Shown here piece by piece: positions 63,627-64,000 of a stretch of 64,000 bases of DNA. A program made the position numbers and the translations under genes. The notes beneath the pieces were generated by a model. That model made no database searches, had not been told where the DNA came from, and saw only the letters and a program-made list of their open reading frames with translations. Source of the DNA: a virus; the IMG/VR virus record IMGVR_UViG_3300045988_062804. One strand, written 5' to 3'. Each line of letters opens with the position of its first letter. Position 1 is the first letter of the stretch.

Positions 63627-64000
63627 GTCTTATTAAATATCTTCCTATTCCAGCTTGTCTTAGCGTCAAGGATTTCATTCATATCATTCTGGTTGATATA
63701 CATTGGAACTCTGGCAGCATCACATAGTCTGTACCATCTTTGCTCAAGAAGTTGTGCCTCTTGTAACATACCTTGATTATGTTTACTCCAGCCCTCTTTA
63801 AACCTATCAGTATAAGCACAATAACAAGCTATTGCATCCTTTTCTTTCTCATTGATAAAGGGCAATCCGTCATCGTCTAATAGTACCCCCTTATATAATA
63901 TATTAACTGAGCCATAGTTCTTATCAAAATAAAGAGTATCATTGACTCTTTCATACTTGGCTAGTTTACCACTAATGTAGAATGGGCTGTTATAAACCTT
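63608..64000 (-). CDS. structural-module protein, C-terminal part; 5' end lies outside the window
   Basis: The listed start at 63865 is a TTG. Hand translation shows the same frame stays open to nt 64000 (KVYNSPFYISGKLAKYERVNDTLYFDKNYGSVNILYKGVLLDDDGLPFINEK...). Confidence 0.6.
   Translation of the reverse strand, partial: KVYNSPFYISGKLAKYERVNDTLYFDKNYGSVNILYKGVLLDDDGLPFINEKEKDAIACYCAYTDRFKEGWSKHNQGMLQEAQLLEQRWYRLCDAARVPMYINQNDMNEILDAKTSWNRKIFNKTWKFVK

Noticed and set aside
1-64000. Prophage or integrative-element signatures: integrase, att-like direct repeats, flanking host genes.
   Set aside because: No recombinase motifs or bacterial housekeeping genes were seen. The whole window is phage-like and gene-dense on two convergent blocks. 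I could not check long direct repeats exhaustively by eye.

Overview
This is AT-rich, almost gap-free phage DNA. All calls rest on motifs read by eye from the supplied translations; no searches were run. The gene content points to a crAss-like (Crassvirales-type) podophage of a Bacteroidota host. The supporting features are a family A DNA polymerase, ThyX, UDG, a run of giant 1.5-3.2 kaa ORFs (one carries a DFDID two-barrel RNA polymerase metal motif), large tail-type genes on the opposite strand, and TAnnTTTG Bacteroidota-type promoters.

Layout, + strand (1-52429), in order:
- RNA-repair genes: a CCA-adding enzyme fragment and a T4-like Pnkp.
- Small unknown ORFs, PolA, a free-standing HNH, CYTH, ThyX and UDG.
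- Two metallophosphoesterases flanking an S24-like peptidase.
- A complete Preiss-Handler NAD+ pathway (PncA, PncB, NadE, NadD), with Nudix, deoxyribosyltransferase-like and SLOG-like partners and several tiny membrane ORFs.
- HAD and YqeY.
- A promoter-ORF-terminator cassette for a low-complexity protein.
- A ~32-kb block of giant virion-type proteins: a Gly-zipper protein, a 2896-aa protein with an SF1 helicase core, a 3178-aa RNAP-like protein, a zincin, and a 1539-aa protein with a PD-(D/E)xK nuclease domain.
- A dNMP kinase and a T5orf172/NUMOD homing-endonuclease-like cassette.

A bidirectional terminator at ~52.42 kb separates this from the - strand block (52447-64000). That block holds DUF192, a second Gly-zipper protein, 1563-aa and 1047-aa tail-type proteins, and three smaller structural-module ORFs. 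Most genes are translationally coupled through TAATG or ATGA junctions. I saw no tRNA, rRNA, CRISPR array, integrase or stop-codon recoding.

The two most notable observations:
- The phage-borne four-enzyme NAD+ resynthesis cluster, with three uncharacterised nucleotide-processing partners.
- A recurrent h-Q-x-G-G leader/linker motif shared by virion proteins on both strands.
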